This document shows positions 49,793-59,642 of a stretch of DNA of 64,000 bases, one piece after another; position 1 is the stretch's first letter; every line of letters begins with the position of its first letter. Made by a program: the position numbers and the translations under genes. Origin of the DNA: an uncultured archaeon (GTDB lineage Archaea > Thermoproteota > Bathyarchaeia > Bathyarchaeales > Bathycorpusculaceae); the NCBI GenBank assembly GCA_963810275.1, contig CAWENF010000014.1:113578-177577 (forward strand). Direction: 5' to 3'. Under the pieces are notes generated by a model, which did no database searches, was not told where the DNA came from, and worked only from the letters and a program-made list of their open reading frames with translations.

Positions 49793-50233
49793 CTATACCA
49801 CCATTAGTCGGTCTAAGTCCAGCAGACGCCGCTCACCCTTAAGCCCCTGAATCTCCATCACATCCTGCACGACCTCCACCGCCCCCAAGTACATACCATC
49901 GCCGTCTCTGAGTGCAAAAAATCGGATGTAAATCATGTGTCCATGAGAATTAATCCAGAATTTAACCACATTTTTCTTGGCGGATTTGAAGGACTGTATG
50001 ATTTTGTTCACGGCATCAAGGCTTTTGGCTGGGTGGCAATTCTGGACTTTAATGCTTATGACGCCTTTGGTGCGTATGAAAATCATTTTCAGCGGATTAT
50101 TGAAGTATTGGACGGTGTCGTTTTCGTCTATAAAAGTGATTTCTCCGGGTATGGTGTTTAGCATGGGGTTTAGGATGGCTTCGGTTAGGGAACCGAAATC
50201 TAACTGAACACTATCTGGTTGCGACAAAAACAT
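49793..50233 (-). CDS. stand-alone PAS_10-type domain (DUF438 C-terminus-like)
   Basis: 'EITFIDENDTVQYFN', 'VQNCHP.KS...V', 'YLGAVEVVQD', 'GERRLL'. Confidence 0.8.
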   Translation of the reverse strand: MFLSQPDSVQLDFGSLTEAILNPMLNTIPGEITFIDENDTVQYFNNPLKMIFIRTKGVISIKVQNCHPAKSLDAVNKIIQSFKSAKKNVVKFWINSHGHMIYIRFFALRDGDGMYLGAVEVVQDVMEIQGLKGERRLLDLDRLMVV

Positions 50234-50344
50234 TCCTCAACACTGTAGGTACAGTTTTTTGGGGATTTAATCCTTTCCAAAACCCGAGAGGGCATGAGTA
50301 ATGCTATAAACTGCAATAGACAAAGAAGTTAATGAGGCACTGTT

Positions 50345-50861
50345 ATGGCTCGTAGCTTAACTGCTTGGAAACTTCTCGAAGACATGATCCTTGAACTCAA
50401 AGTGGCAGGCGTGGAAGTGCCTGCTAAAACCGTTGAAGACCTCCGAACAGCCAAATCCATGCTCAAATTGGGCTGTATGCCTCAGGGTGGAGATGCTGTG
50501 CAGAAAGCCGAGGAGCTGCTGGCAAACGTTGAGGCTTACGTGGCTACTGAGGGGCAGCGTCGTGTTTGGTGAAGCGAAGGTTGATGAGTGGCTGCGTAAG
50601 TTGGAGGAAGCCAACTTGGAGGTCTGCGCTGAACCCCACATCGCCGAAGAAGGCAAATATGTAACAGGAGTACTCCGCGATCAGAAATGGGTTAGAATAG
50701 AACCCATCGACGATTTACCTGCGAATCGGATAAATGCTCTTGCTGCTGAAGAGAAATTGGAAATCAAAACACAAAAAGACGGCAAAATCTTAGTCCAAGG
50801 CGCTGCTGAAAACATTAAAAACCTCATTAAAAAAATGACATTGGAAACATCTAAAGAATAA
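50345..50861 (+). CDS. DUF2096-like archaeal protein, frameshifted near 50560
   Basis: 'WKLLEDMILEL', 'DLRTAKSML' in ORF 50345 joins 'DEWLRKLEEA...KWVRI' in ORF 50391. Confidence 0.7.
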
Positions 50862-50995
50862 TCTAATTCTATTTCTTTTTATTATTTTATTTGCAGCAAC
50901 GTCAAGCATACAACAAGTCTTTTCTATGTTGTTTATGTTTGTGCTCAGGTGAAATGGTAAACGTAAAACAACATTAGCAGGGTTTCATCGTAGAA

Positions 50996-52291
50996 GTGAG
51001 GGGTAATAATCTTTTGAACCGCAAAACTGGTTCAACTACTGAATATTCTAGATCAACTTGGGTAAATGCGGTTCTACCGTTTAACATTGCATTAGGACCT
51101 GTGGCAACTCTTGTTCAGCTGTTGATTCTTCAGTTTAACGGGACTGTTATAGAGGTTGGGTTGGCGCTAACCCTGTTTAACGCGGTAAGCATCCCAGCGG
51201 CATTATTCTGGGGTTTTGTTACTGACCGATTCCAGCAACGGCGTCCGCTGATTTTAGCTAGCTTCGCTGTTACACCTTTAATTTTAGCGTTATTCCTGTT
51301 TGCTAACAATGGATACTGGGTTTCTTTCCTCTATGCATTGTTTTCGTTCGGAACGACGGCTTCCACTACACCGCTTAACCTGTTGGTTATGGAAACTGAG
51401 AATAAGTCGAAGTGGGCTTCTGCATTCGCCAAGTTTTCTCTTATTACAAGTGTAGGACAAACGATTGGTTTACTGTTAGGGATGATTCTGTCTTTGTATT
51501 TTCCAATAACGTATGTTGTTATTCCTTTGGCTATTTCTTCTCTGGTTGCAGCAGGATTAGCTCTTGTTTTAATTAAAGAGCCCGCCATCGTGTTTGAACG
51601 CCAAATCATGGTTATGCAGAAACCCAGCTTTTTTGTAAGACTCCGCTATTTGCCCTACCTTTTCTTGAAGTCGCCATCCTTCACTGACTTTAAACGAATA
51701 TTTAGGAATCTACCTCATGAACTTATCAGGAATACACCGCTTCTTTACTTGTCCACCTTCGCGTTTTTCCTTTCCGCCGGAATCTTCAACACATCTCTGG
51801 TTCCAGCTTTAGACGCCAAGGGGTTGTCAAGCTTGATAATTTTCGCAGTAATAATGCTGGGGATGATTATACAGATAATCGCTTTCAGGTATGCTGGATC
51901 CTACACCGAGCACAAATCACCGCTTAAAAGTGCAACCAGCGGGTTACTGCTAAGAGCCGTTTCATACGGAATGCTCGGAGTTTCCGCCTACTTTTTGACT
52001 GATGCGTGGTTTCTGTTGTTTATCCTGATTTTTTATCCACTAGCAGCTGGAATTGCCTACTCGATTTACTACACTGCCTCAAACACGCTGGTTTTTAACT
52101 CGCTTAGCCCCAAGCGTAACGGTTCGCATCTAGGCGTCTACAGTGCGTTGGCTGGTGGGGCAACAATGATTGGCTCATTCCTTTCAGGATTTTTGTCTTT
52201 CTACGGTGGCTTCTATGTGACGTTTATAATCGCCGCTGTATGCTTGATGGCTTCTGCTTGGTTGCTTACCCTAAATAAAGTAAATAAGTAA
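50996..52291 (+). CDS. MFS transporter
   Basis: About 12 TM helices, motif A-like 'WGFVTDRFQQRR'. Confidence 0.88.
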   Translation: MRGNNLLNRKTGSTTEYSRSTWVNAVLPFNIALGPVATLVQLLILQFNGTVIEVGLALTLFNAVSIPAALFWGFVTDRFQQRRPLILASFAVTPLILALFLFANNGYWVSFLYALFSFGTTASTTPLNLLVMETENKSKWASAFAKFSLITSVGQTIGLLLGMILSLYFPITYVVIPLAISSLVAAGLALVLIKEPAIVFERQIMVMQKPSFFVRLRYLPYLFLKSPSFTDFKRIFRNLPHELIRNTPLLYLSTFAFFLSAGIFNTSLVPALDAKGLSSLIIFAVIMLGMIIQIIAFRYAGSYTEHKSPLKSATSGLLLRAVSYGMLGVSAYFLTDAWFLLFILIFYPLAAGIAYSIYYTASNTLVFNSLSPKRNGSHLGVYSALAGGATMIGSFLSGFLSFYGGFYVTFIIAAVCLMASAWLLTLNKVNK

Positions 52292-52364
52292 ACACAATTA
52301 GAGTGGGAACTGAAAATATGTTGATACATCAAATGAAAAAAAAGCGTAGTGAAGAATGTGCAGT

Positions 52365-53849
52365 TTATGCTTTCTTTTTCTTAGCTCCGTTTTGCTTAGC
52401 TATGTAGGCTTTCTCTATTTCGACACGGTGCACGTTGTTGTAGGCGCAGAACGGAATAATCTTCTTGTCCGGCGTGATGTAGTGGACGACGCAACGACGG
52501 ACACGGTTTACGTCAAAATTGTAGCTGTCCATAAACGCCATGCATCCCAAAAGGAATATTCGACGTCGTATTTTCCCCAGCGCCTGATACGAGGGGTTCA
52601 TGTGCATTTGTAGAATGCTCTTAATCAACGTAAAAGTACCCACTTCCTTAGTAACCAGCAGCATATCCATCGAAATCATTGAACCCATAAACAGTGAGGA
52701 CAGAAGCGAGAATTTCCCTTTGGATTCGGCTGACTCCGCCGTTTTCCTGATAGTATTGAAGAAGCGGTCAAAATTCACAAACCGGTTAATGGGAAACATT
52801 TTGCCTGTTCGGGACGACACATAAACCCAGTTCACGATTCCACACTGCGGACTACAGCTAAACAAGGGCCAAGGTTTCTGCATGAATTTGCGCATGATTT
52901 TAATGGGCGAAGTCATAACAGACATGGGAAACAAGTCGGTGGTTTTTACTTCGCCGTTGGTCTGCGTCTCCACGTCCTCGGCGAAAGACCATTCGCGGAA
53001 GTTTTCTCGGAACGGGTTCTCGGTTGCTCTGCCGGTGAAAGCGATGGGTTGGAAGATTAAGCCTCGGATGATATCGGTGTTTTTAGCTGCGAACCGTATC
53101 ATGTCGCCGACTTCCGCGTCGTTTAAGCTTTTCATTAATGTATTGACGAGGATGACTTCCATGTCGTATTTGCGACATACATTAATGGCTTTGAGTTTGA
53201 TGTCCACCAAGGGTAGACCACGGACTTTCTTGTTGAATTCTTCATGGAAACTGTCAAAGGACAGGTAGACGATGTTTAAGCCGCTGTCTTTTAGGCGTTG
53301 GGCTAAGCCTGGGTCGGTAACTAGGTGGGTGCCGTTGGTCGCCAAGATCGTCATGAACTTCAGTTTGTGTGCGGCGGCTATGATTTCGGGCATGTCTTCG
53401 CGCTCAAGTGGTTCCCCTCCGCTAAACAGAATTGCTGGTGGTTTGGGGTTGGCTTTGGCAGCGAATTCAAGCATGTCAATGAGGTTTTCTTTGGTGGGTT
53501 CGTAGTCGTCGCCTTGGTCGGGGAAAGTACTGAAACACACTGCACAGTGGAAGTTGCAGCGTTTGGTGACGTCGATGACTCCTATGACTGTACCTGAAGC
53601 GTGATTTTGACAGGTTTCGCAGATGTAAGGGCAACCATCGGGGTTTTTAGGTGCATTGAGGTCGCCCAGATACTGGAATTGGTCATACTTTTTCATGTGG
53701 TCCCAGATTGGTGGGCTTTGCCAATGGGTTGCTTGGAATTCGCCATGTTCGGGGCATTGTTTGGTAATTTGGATTTTGCCGTTTACGTTAGAGAGTTGGG
53801 CGTCAATCTTTTTTTGGCATTCGGGACAGATGCTTTTGGTTTCACTCAC
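52365..53849 (-). CDS. tes: tetraether lipid synthase Tes (GDGT-MAS)-type radical SAM enzyme
   Basis: N-terminal 'CPEC..CPEHG', 'GCPYICETCQNH', rSAM 'CNFHCAVC', 'CSPQCG', C-terminal 'MAFMDSYNFD..RVRRCVVHY..PD..IIPFCAYN'; next to DGGGP synthase. Confidence 0.85.
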   Translation of the reverse strand: MSETKSICPECQKKIDAQLSNVNGKIQITKQCPEHGEFQATHWQSPPIWDHMKKYDQFQYLGDLNAPKNPDGCPYICETCQNHASGTVIGVIDVTKRCNFHCAVCFSTFPDQGDDYEPTKENLIDMLEFAAKANPKPPAILFSGGEPLEREDMPEIIAAAHKLKFMTILATNGTHLVTDPGLAQRLKDSGLNIVYLSFDSFHEEFNKKVRGLPLVDIKLKAINVCRKYDMEVILVNTLMKSLNDAEVGDMIRFAAKNTDIIRGLIFQPIAFTGRATENPFRENFREWSFAEDVETQTNGEVKTTDLFPMSVMTSPIKIMRKFMQKPWPLFSCSPQCGIVNWVYVSSRTGKMFPINRFVNFDRFFNTIRKTAESAESKGKFSLLSSLFMGSMISMDMLLVTKEVGTFTLIKSILQMHMNPSYQALGKIRRRIFLLGCMAFMDSYNFDVNRVRRCVVHYITPDKKIIPFCAYNNVHRVEIEKAYIAKQNGAKKKKA

Positions 53850-54751
53850 TATAGTAGCACTCCAGCGATTCCTTCAACTATCAATGCTAAGGGTAGCAGC
53901 ATCATGGACATGGTGACTATGCGCTCATATTTGCGTATGCTTGCAACAGTAGAAGCGGACGTGAAGAGGCGCAGAGCTGAATAAATTAACAATACACTCC
54001 AAATTAGAATAAGCGGCAAATAATACAAAGAGAACGCGCCAATCAACGTTGGCAGTGGGGCGAGTATGCCTGTTAGGAAGAAAAAGACTCCACCGACTTT
54101 TGCTGCACTAATGTTGCCGATTTTCTGCGGCAAAGTGGGGTAGCCGACTTTTGCGTCGCCCTCCACGCTGAAAATGTCGCGTAACACATTGCCGCCGATG
54201 GTGCCAAACGCGATGGGATAGAGACTTAACGAAGCTAAGGTTATGGTTCCGGTTACAGTTGCTTGACCGTAAATGAAGGCAGTGCCCGTCAACACACCCA
54301 TCAACAAGTTTGCTGCGAAGCCTGATTTCCTTTTAATCAAGTAAGAATAAATGAGTAACAGAACAGAGTCTAAGACTATAATGGCAAAGGCAAGCCAGTT
54401 AATGAGAAATGAGATTACTAGCCCTAGGGCAAAAAATAAGGCAGCGATAGTTATTGCTTGCTTGTAGGAAAGAGCGCCCGAAGGGATTGGTCGTTTGGGT
54501 TTTATGACGGCGTCGCTTACGCGGTCGTAGTAGTCGTTTATTGCAAACCCGCCTGAAGCAATGAAGGATAGCGAAAAGAAAGTTAGCAATGCCACGACTG
54601 CCACGTTCATTGGACCTAAAAACGTTTGGACGCCAGCAAAGTTGCCGTTTAGGATGGCGAACGCTGTTAGAACTGCCAAGCCGCCAGTCATTAGCCAGTA
54701 GGGTAGGCGTATAAGCGCTATTAGTCCTCGTGCAGGCGAGGAAGAGGTCAT
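53849..54751 (-). CDS. digeranylgeranylglyceryl phosphate synthase (UbiA family)
   Basis: 'INDYYD..SD..KP.RPIPSG', 'RDIFSVEGD..GYPTLP'. Confidence 0.85.
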   Translation of the reverse strand: MTSSSPARGLIALIRLPYWLMTGGLAVLTAFAILNGNFAGVQTFLGPMNVAVVALLTFFSLSFIASGGFAINDYYDRVSDAVIKPKRPIPSGALSYKQAITIAALFFALGLVISFLINWLAFAIIVLDSVLLLIYSYLIKRKSGFAANLLMGVLTGTAFIYGQATVTGTITLASLSLYPIAFGTIGGNVLRDIFSVEGDAKVGYPTLPQKIGNISAAKVGGVFFFLTGILAPLPTLIGAFSLYYLPLILIWSVLLIYSALRLFTSASTVASIRKYERIVTMSMMLLPLALIVEGIAGVLL

Positions 54752-55674
54752 ATCTTAATTTTCCTGTCAGCGATGACTTCTTTTATGCTGTCCTCAAGGG
54801 TGACTTGAGGGGTCCAGCCAAGTTCGTTTTGGGCTTTTGTTATGTCGAACCAGATTTTGGTTACGTCCCCCTGCCATGATACACCTGTGGTGCTGACTTT
54901 GGTTCTGTTTTGGAGTTTAAGGATTGAAAGTATAAGGTCTGCGAGCTCGAGAATTGAAGTTGTTTTCCCTAAGCCCAAGTTGTAGACTTCACCATTGACG
55001 TCTTTATTATCGCCAAGAAGCACCAGCGCTTCCACCACGTCGGATACATGCACGAAGTCGCGGCATTGCTTGCCAGTGCCTATGATTTCGAGTTTATCGG
55101 GATTTTTGGCGAGTTTTTCTAGAAAGTCATGGATGACACCGTGGCAGCGCAGCCCGTAGACGTTTGCGAAGCGTGTGATAACTATGTCTAAGCCATATTG
55201 TTCACGGTACATTTGGCAATACTCTTCACCCACCACTTTACTCAAGCCGTAGCACGAGAAGGGGTGAAAACCATAAGATTCGGGTGTGGGAAACACTGTT
55301 GGGTTGCCGTAGACGGCTGCAGAGGAAGCGAAAACGACTTTGGCGTCGTCTTTGCGGGCTTTTTCCAGAACGTAGAGAGTGCCTTTGGCGTTGGTTTCAA
55401 AATCCGCCAGAGGGTTTTCCATTGAGTAGCCGACCACCACCTGTGCGGCTAAATGATAAATTAAGTCCTGTTTAGGCTGGTTTAGGAGGGTTTTAAGGTC
55501 TAAAATGTCACCTTGCACGAATTTTGCCCCGGGAATATCTTTGATATTCTGCATTGTCCCGCTAGAAAGGTTATCGTAAATGGTCAAGTTGTCTGTTAAG
55601 CCAGAAAGTCTCTTGCAAAGGTGGTACCCTATGAATCCAGCGCCACCTGTTACTAGGATTTTTTTCTCTTCCAC
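54748..55674 (-). CDS. NAD-dependent nucleotide-sugar epimerase (GalE-like)
   Basis: 'TGGAGFIG', 'HLAA', 'SSAAVYG', 'YGLSK', 'RDFVHV'. Confidence 0.9.
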   Translation of the reverse strand: MEEKKILVTGGAGFIGYHLCKRLSGLTDNLTIYDNLSSGTMQNIKDIPGAKFVQGDILDLKTLLNQPKQDLIYHLAAQVVVGYSMENPLADFETNAKGTLYVLEKARKDDAKVVFASSAAVYGNPTVFPTPESYGFHPFSCYGLSKVVGEEYCQMYREQYGLDIVITRFANVYGLRCHGVIHDFLEKLAKNPDKLEIIGTGKQCRDFVHVSDVVEALVLLGDNKDVNGEVYNLGLGKTTSILELADLILSILKLQNRTKVSTTGVSWQGDVTKIWFDITKAQNELGWTPQVTLEDSIKEVIADRKIKI

Positions 55675-55730
55675 GTTGTTCCCCCGAAGACGATAAAGTC
55701 TATATTCTCTTTAGGCGAGTTGGTAGGTAT

Positions 55731-56579
55731 ATGTCGGCGATGAAAGCTATAAAAGTTTTCAAGGATTTGCTGTCTTTCCTCACAATCATCCCAATGGGTG
55801 GAAAAGAGGATTTTATCTTCACGACCGCGGAGAACATGTGGCTTTTCCCAATTGTCGGCGGCTTCATAGGCTTACTGGGCGGAGCGTATTTTCTGCTTTC
55901 CAGCGTAATCATCGGTTTCGCACTCAACTTTATCACAGGATATATAGCTTTTCCGACAGCATTGCTAGCCACAGCCATCCCTGCAGCCATGACAATTGCC
56001 TTCCTGCTGGTAATCACTGGCCTGCAGCATTTTGACGGTTTAATAGATTTAGGCAACGCAGTTGGAATACGCAATGTACACGACCGCAAAATGAAAGCCC
56101 ACGCTTGGACAGTCACCTACGCGGGAGCCGTCCTAGCAATTGTGGTAGAATTCCTCGCGTTCCTCGGCTTGTTTTTACTTTACCCATCTAATCCGCTGAT
56201 GATTTTTGGCGCCATCATTATAGCCGAGGTATCGGCCAAACTTGCCATGGTCACCATCGTTTGGGCAGGCAAACCATCTCATAAAGGGTTAGGCTCAATT
56301 TTCTTGGCAAAAGCCAAAAAACCGCTTAACGCCGTTGCCTATGTGATCTCCGCCATGATAGTTTTCTCAGTGTTTTTCTTTGTCGGCGGCATATTCTGGG
56401 CATTGACTGCGACTGGGCTACTGTTTGTAAGTGTTCCCGTGGCGTTTCTGATGAACAAGGTCTCCAATAATGTGTTTGGAGGCGTTTCAGGCGACATGAT
56501 AGGTGCAACCAATGAAACCGCACGTGCGGTGGCTTTTGCTGCATTGGCATTAGTATTTTGGCTGGTGATGGCTGCATGA
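55731..56579 (+). CDS. cobS: CobS-like membrane phosphotransferase, copy 2 (divergent)
   Basis: 'SFLTIIP', 'ITGLQHFDGLIDLGNA', 'FGGVSGDMIGATNE'. Confidence 0.8.
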   Translation: MSAMKAIKVFKDLLSFLTIIPMGGKEDFIFTTAENMWLFPIVGGFIGLLGGAYFLLSSVIIGFALNFITGYIAFPTALLATAIPAAMTIAFLLVITGLQHFDGLIDLGNAVGIRNVHDRKMKAHAWTVTYAGAVLAIVVEFLAFLGLFLLYPSNPLMIFGAIIIAEVSAKLAMVTIVWAGKPSHKGLGSIFLAKAKKPLNAVAYVISAMIVFSVFFFVGGIFWALTATGLLFVSVPVAFLMNKVSNNVFGGVSGDMIGATNETARAVAFAALALVFWLVMAA

Positions 56580-57199
56580 AGGTGCCTGCTTTAATCATGG
56601 CTGGGGGGAAAGGCAGCCGCATGGGATTGCCCACTGAGAAGCCGATGCTACCGTTCATGGGCAAACCTTTGCTGGACTGGGTAGTTGCTGCGGTCTTAGA
56701 GGCAAAAAAGGTTTCGGATTTCTGTGTAATTACAAGTAACAATACGCCTAAAGCTGAACATCACTGCAAGGAGCGGGGCTGGAGGTTCATTCACACCGAT
56801 GCAAATGGATACCACAACGACTTGAAACAGGCAGTCCGCAGTTTGGGGTGGACAGGACCAGTACTTACTATGCCGTCGGATGTGCCAGCTATCACTGGAC
56901 CCATACTTGATAGAGTTGTCTCAGGGTTTGAGAGCTGCGGCAAAGACTACCTCGCCGTATTCGTCCCAATAGAGTGCCGTCAAGCCTTGGGATTGTCGAT
57001 TTCATCAACCGATGAATACGAGGGCGTCTGGTATGCAGTATCAGGAGTCAACATCATTAACGGCGCCAAAACGCTTGGGCAAAGCAAAATCGAAACCGCT
57101 GCCATCATCACCCAAGAAGTTGAAGTGGTTCTAAATGTGAATACGACCAAGGATTTTGAAGTTGCAGAGCAGATAATGAGGAAAAAAAGAAGATCTTGA
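56576..57199 (+). CDS. cobY: CobY-like nucleotidyltransferase, copy 2
   Basis: 'MAGGKGSRM...EKPM', 'GYHNDL', 'SDVP', 'NVNT'; ATGA overlap with cobS2. Confidence 0.8.
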   Translation: MKVPALIMAGGKGSRMGLPTEKPMLPFMGKPLLDWVVAAVLEAKKVSDFCVITSNNTPKAEHHCKERGWRFIHTDANGYHNDLKQAVRSLGWTGPVLTMPSDVPAITGPILDRVVSGFESCGKDYLAVFVPIECRQALGLSISSTDEYEGVWYAVSGVNIINGAKTLGQSKIETAAIITQEVEVVLNVNTTKDFEVAEQIMRKKRRS

Positions 57200-58318
57200 T
57201 TAATTTGTTTCGTTAAGAACCCGCTTGATTGTTTCCACGAGTTTTTGGTTGTCTTTTGCGCTTCTGATGGTGACTCGGAAGTAAGTGTCGTCCATGCCCA
57301 TGAACGTACAGCAGTCGCGAATTAGGATATGCTCCTGTGCCAATGCTTCTTTGAGTTTGGTAGATGTGAATTTTCCGTTTAGTATTTTCACCAAGAGGAA
57401 GTTGGTGGTTGATGGATGCACCTTAAAGTCTCCGAGGGCTTCAAGGTCTGCTGCAAGTTTAGCCCGGTTCTCTGTGATTGTTTTCTTTGTTGTCTTAATG
57501 AATTCGAAGTCGCTAAAAGCGCCCAATGTGGCAACTCGTGCTAAGCCGTTTATACTCCAGGGCTGCCGCGCAGTTTCCAGCTTGTTGATTAGACTTGGCG
57601 CCGCAACTGCATAGCCAAAACGCAGACCCGCTAAACCGTAGAATTTAGTGACACTACGAATCACAAACAGGTTGGGGTATTCTTCTACCATGTCCACCAC
57701 TGTGTTCGGGTCACCTTCGGCTGCGAATTCGATATAGTTTTCATCAATGCTAAAGATGATGTCACGATGTTTGCAGAATGAAACGAGGTCCATGATTTCC
57801 TCTTTGGTGTAGAGTCTGCCGCTTGGGCTGTGGGGGTTGCATATGCATAGGATTTTTGTGTCGGGGGTTACTGCCGCTTTAATTTTCTCTAACTCCATTC
57901 CGAAGTCGGGTGGAAGCTGGACAAAGACTGGTTCGCCATCTACCCTCAGCGCCGCCTTCTCGTATTCGGAAAACGACGGGATGGGAATGAGGGCTTTGAA
58001 GCCTTTGGGAAGGATTTCGGTTATCATGTAGATGAGTTCGATTGAGCCATTGCCCAGCAAGATGTTTTCTGCTTTAACGCCATGACCAACGTTTTCTGCG
58101 ATTTGTTGTTTAAACTCAACGGGGTTTGGGTCAGGGTAGAATTTGATTAGTCGAGCGTTTTCTATTACGGCTTGGACTGCTTTGGGAGGCGGCCCCATGA
58201 AGTTGATTGGACCACTAAACTCTAAGACTTCGTCTAGGGGAATGTTGTGTTTTCTGCTGAAACCCCAGATGTCGCCACCATGGCTAACGAAACGACGTTC
58301 CTTGCAAGCACCCGTCAT
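57200..58318 (-). CDS. cobD: L-threonine-O-3-phosphate decarboxylase CobD (PLP fold I)
   Basis: 'HGGD', 'YPDP', 'GNGSIELI', 'CNPHSPSG', 'RSVTKFYGLAGLRFGY', 'ILIRDC'; real start probably ATG 58318. Confidence 0.85.
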   Translation of the reverse strand: MTGACKERRFVSHGGDIWGFSRKHNIPLDEVLEFSGPINFMGPPPKAVQAVIENARLIKFYPDPNPVEFKQQIAENVGHGVKAENILLGNGSIELIYMITEILPKGFKALIPIPSFSEYEKAALRVDGEPVFVQLPPDFGMELEKIKAAVTPDTKILCICNPHSPSGRLYTKEEIMDLVSFCKHRDIIFSIDENYIEFAAEGDPNTVVDMVEEYPNLFVIRSVTKFYGLAGLRFGYAVAAPSLINKLETARQPWSINGLARVATLGAFSDFEFIKTTKKTITENRAKLAADLEALGDFKVHPSTTNFLLVKILNGKFTSTKLKEALAQEHILIRDCCTFMGMDDTYFRVTIRSAKDNQKLVETIKRVLNETN

Positions 58319-58858
58319 TTTACTTGTTCCTCCATCAGCCGAGCGAGCTCTTTCTCCACTACGACGGTCTGCCTTGTAGTGAGCGTTATACAAGTTAACG
58401 AGTTTGTAGAGCCAATACACTGCACCGGCACCCAACGTGACAATTGTAATCAAAACATATGATGTTAACGGTATAGTCTGCGTCATAAAGACCCTCTCGG
58501 GCAAGGCAGCGGCGAGAAACTGGTCTTCTCGTTGCTCGTGGACTTGGATGTCTTTGCTTAGTTTGTAGATGAGGATGAATGCAGGGATAATTAGGATTAT
58601 GCTTGCAGCCCATAGCTTAGCGTTGCGCTCCTTAATCGGAGCCGCTGGTGGAGGCGGCGCTTTGCCTTTACTCTGCAGGTAAGCTGCGACTTGGCGTTCA
58701 ATCTCAGCTTGCTTTTTCAGATGCAGGTTTCTGCCCTCAACGAGGCGGTGGAACATGGGGAAAAATGCAACGCCGAAAGTAACCAAAGCCCCTAAAAACC
58801 ACATCGAAAACCAGACTTTACGGTCGCTTAAGCCTTTCGTATATGTGGAGGACTGCAT
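58315..58858 (-). CDS. small membrane protein (DUF4234-like), joined to cobD in the ORF track by an apparent frameshift
   Basis: Repeated TM motif 'GALVTFGVAF'/'ITIVTLGAGAVYWLYK'; alternative frame ends 'EKELARLMEEQVK*' with ATGA overlap on the cobD start. Confidence 0.6.
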
Positions 58859-58941
58859 TTTGCCCAGACTTTCCCGTCGATTCCTGTCAAGGTTGGGGTA
58901 GCCAAACTTTATAAGGTCTTCCATTGACGGTTTAGATTAAA

Positions 58942-59640
58942 ATGGTTAAATGTCAAATCCCGCTTTCCATTATAATCCCCGTTTACAACGAGGAGTTAAC
59001 GGTAGGCAACATAATTGACCGTACGGAAGCGGCGGCGCGGAAGCTGGGTTTGCCTTTTGAAATCATAGTTATCAACGACTTCTCCTATGACCGCTCTCTG
59101 CAGGAGGCGCTAAAACGTAAGGTGAGGGTATACACGCTTAAGGAGCACAGCGGCAAAGGCTATGCATTGCGAGCGGGTTTTAGCCAGGCACGAGGGGATG
59201 TGATTGTAACGATTGATTCGGATGGTTCGCATTGGCCTGAGGAGCTGCATGAAGTGCTGGCACCAGTCTTGGCTAACCGAGCGGACATGGTTATCGGTTC
59301 ACGTTTCATGAACCACAAGCACGTAGCGGCACGTAAGCTCAACAAGTTTGGCGTCAGCATATTCAACCAATTAATACAGATGTTCACGGGTGTAGGCATA
59401 ACCGACAGTCAATCAGGATATAGGGCGATGAAAAGAGAAGTGCTGGCTGGGCAAAAACTAAAGTCAGGTGAATACGAAATAGAATCTGAAATGCTTGTAA
59501 AAACCGCTAAAGCTGGCTTTCGAGTCGCCGAGGTCCCCATAACCTTTGAGCAGCGCACCTACGGCAGGTCGGGTGTGGATCCCATGGTCGACGGCAGTAA
59601 AATCATGCTTTCAATCGTTATGGCATATTTGAGGGGGTAA
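58942..59640 (+). CDS. GT2 glycosyltransferase (DPM synthase-like)
   Basis: 'IIIPVYNEE', 'GKGYA', 'DSDGSH', 'DSQSGYR'. Confidence 0.9.
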   Translation: MVKCQIPLSIIIPVYNEELTVGNIIDRTEAAARKLGLPFEIIVINDFSYDRSLQEALKRKVRVYTLKEHSGKGYALRAGFSQARGDVIVTIDSDGSHWPEELHEVLAPVLANRADMVIGSRFMNHKHVAARKLNKFGVSIFNQLIQMFTGVGITDSQSGYRAMKREVLAGQKLKSGEYEIESEMLVKTAKAGFRVAEVPITFEQRTYGRSGVDPMVDGSKIMLSIVMAYLRG

Positions 59641-59642
59641 AA

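Noticed and set aside
57200-58924. Apparent novel membrane protein-CobD fusion (574 aa)
   Set aside because: The linker reads as out-of-frame sequence; the alternative frame ends EKELARLMEEQVK* with an ATGA overlap on the cobD start, so it is most likely two genes joined by an indel
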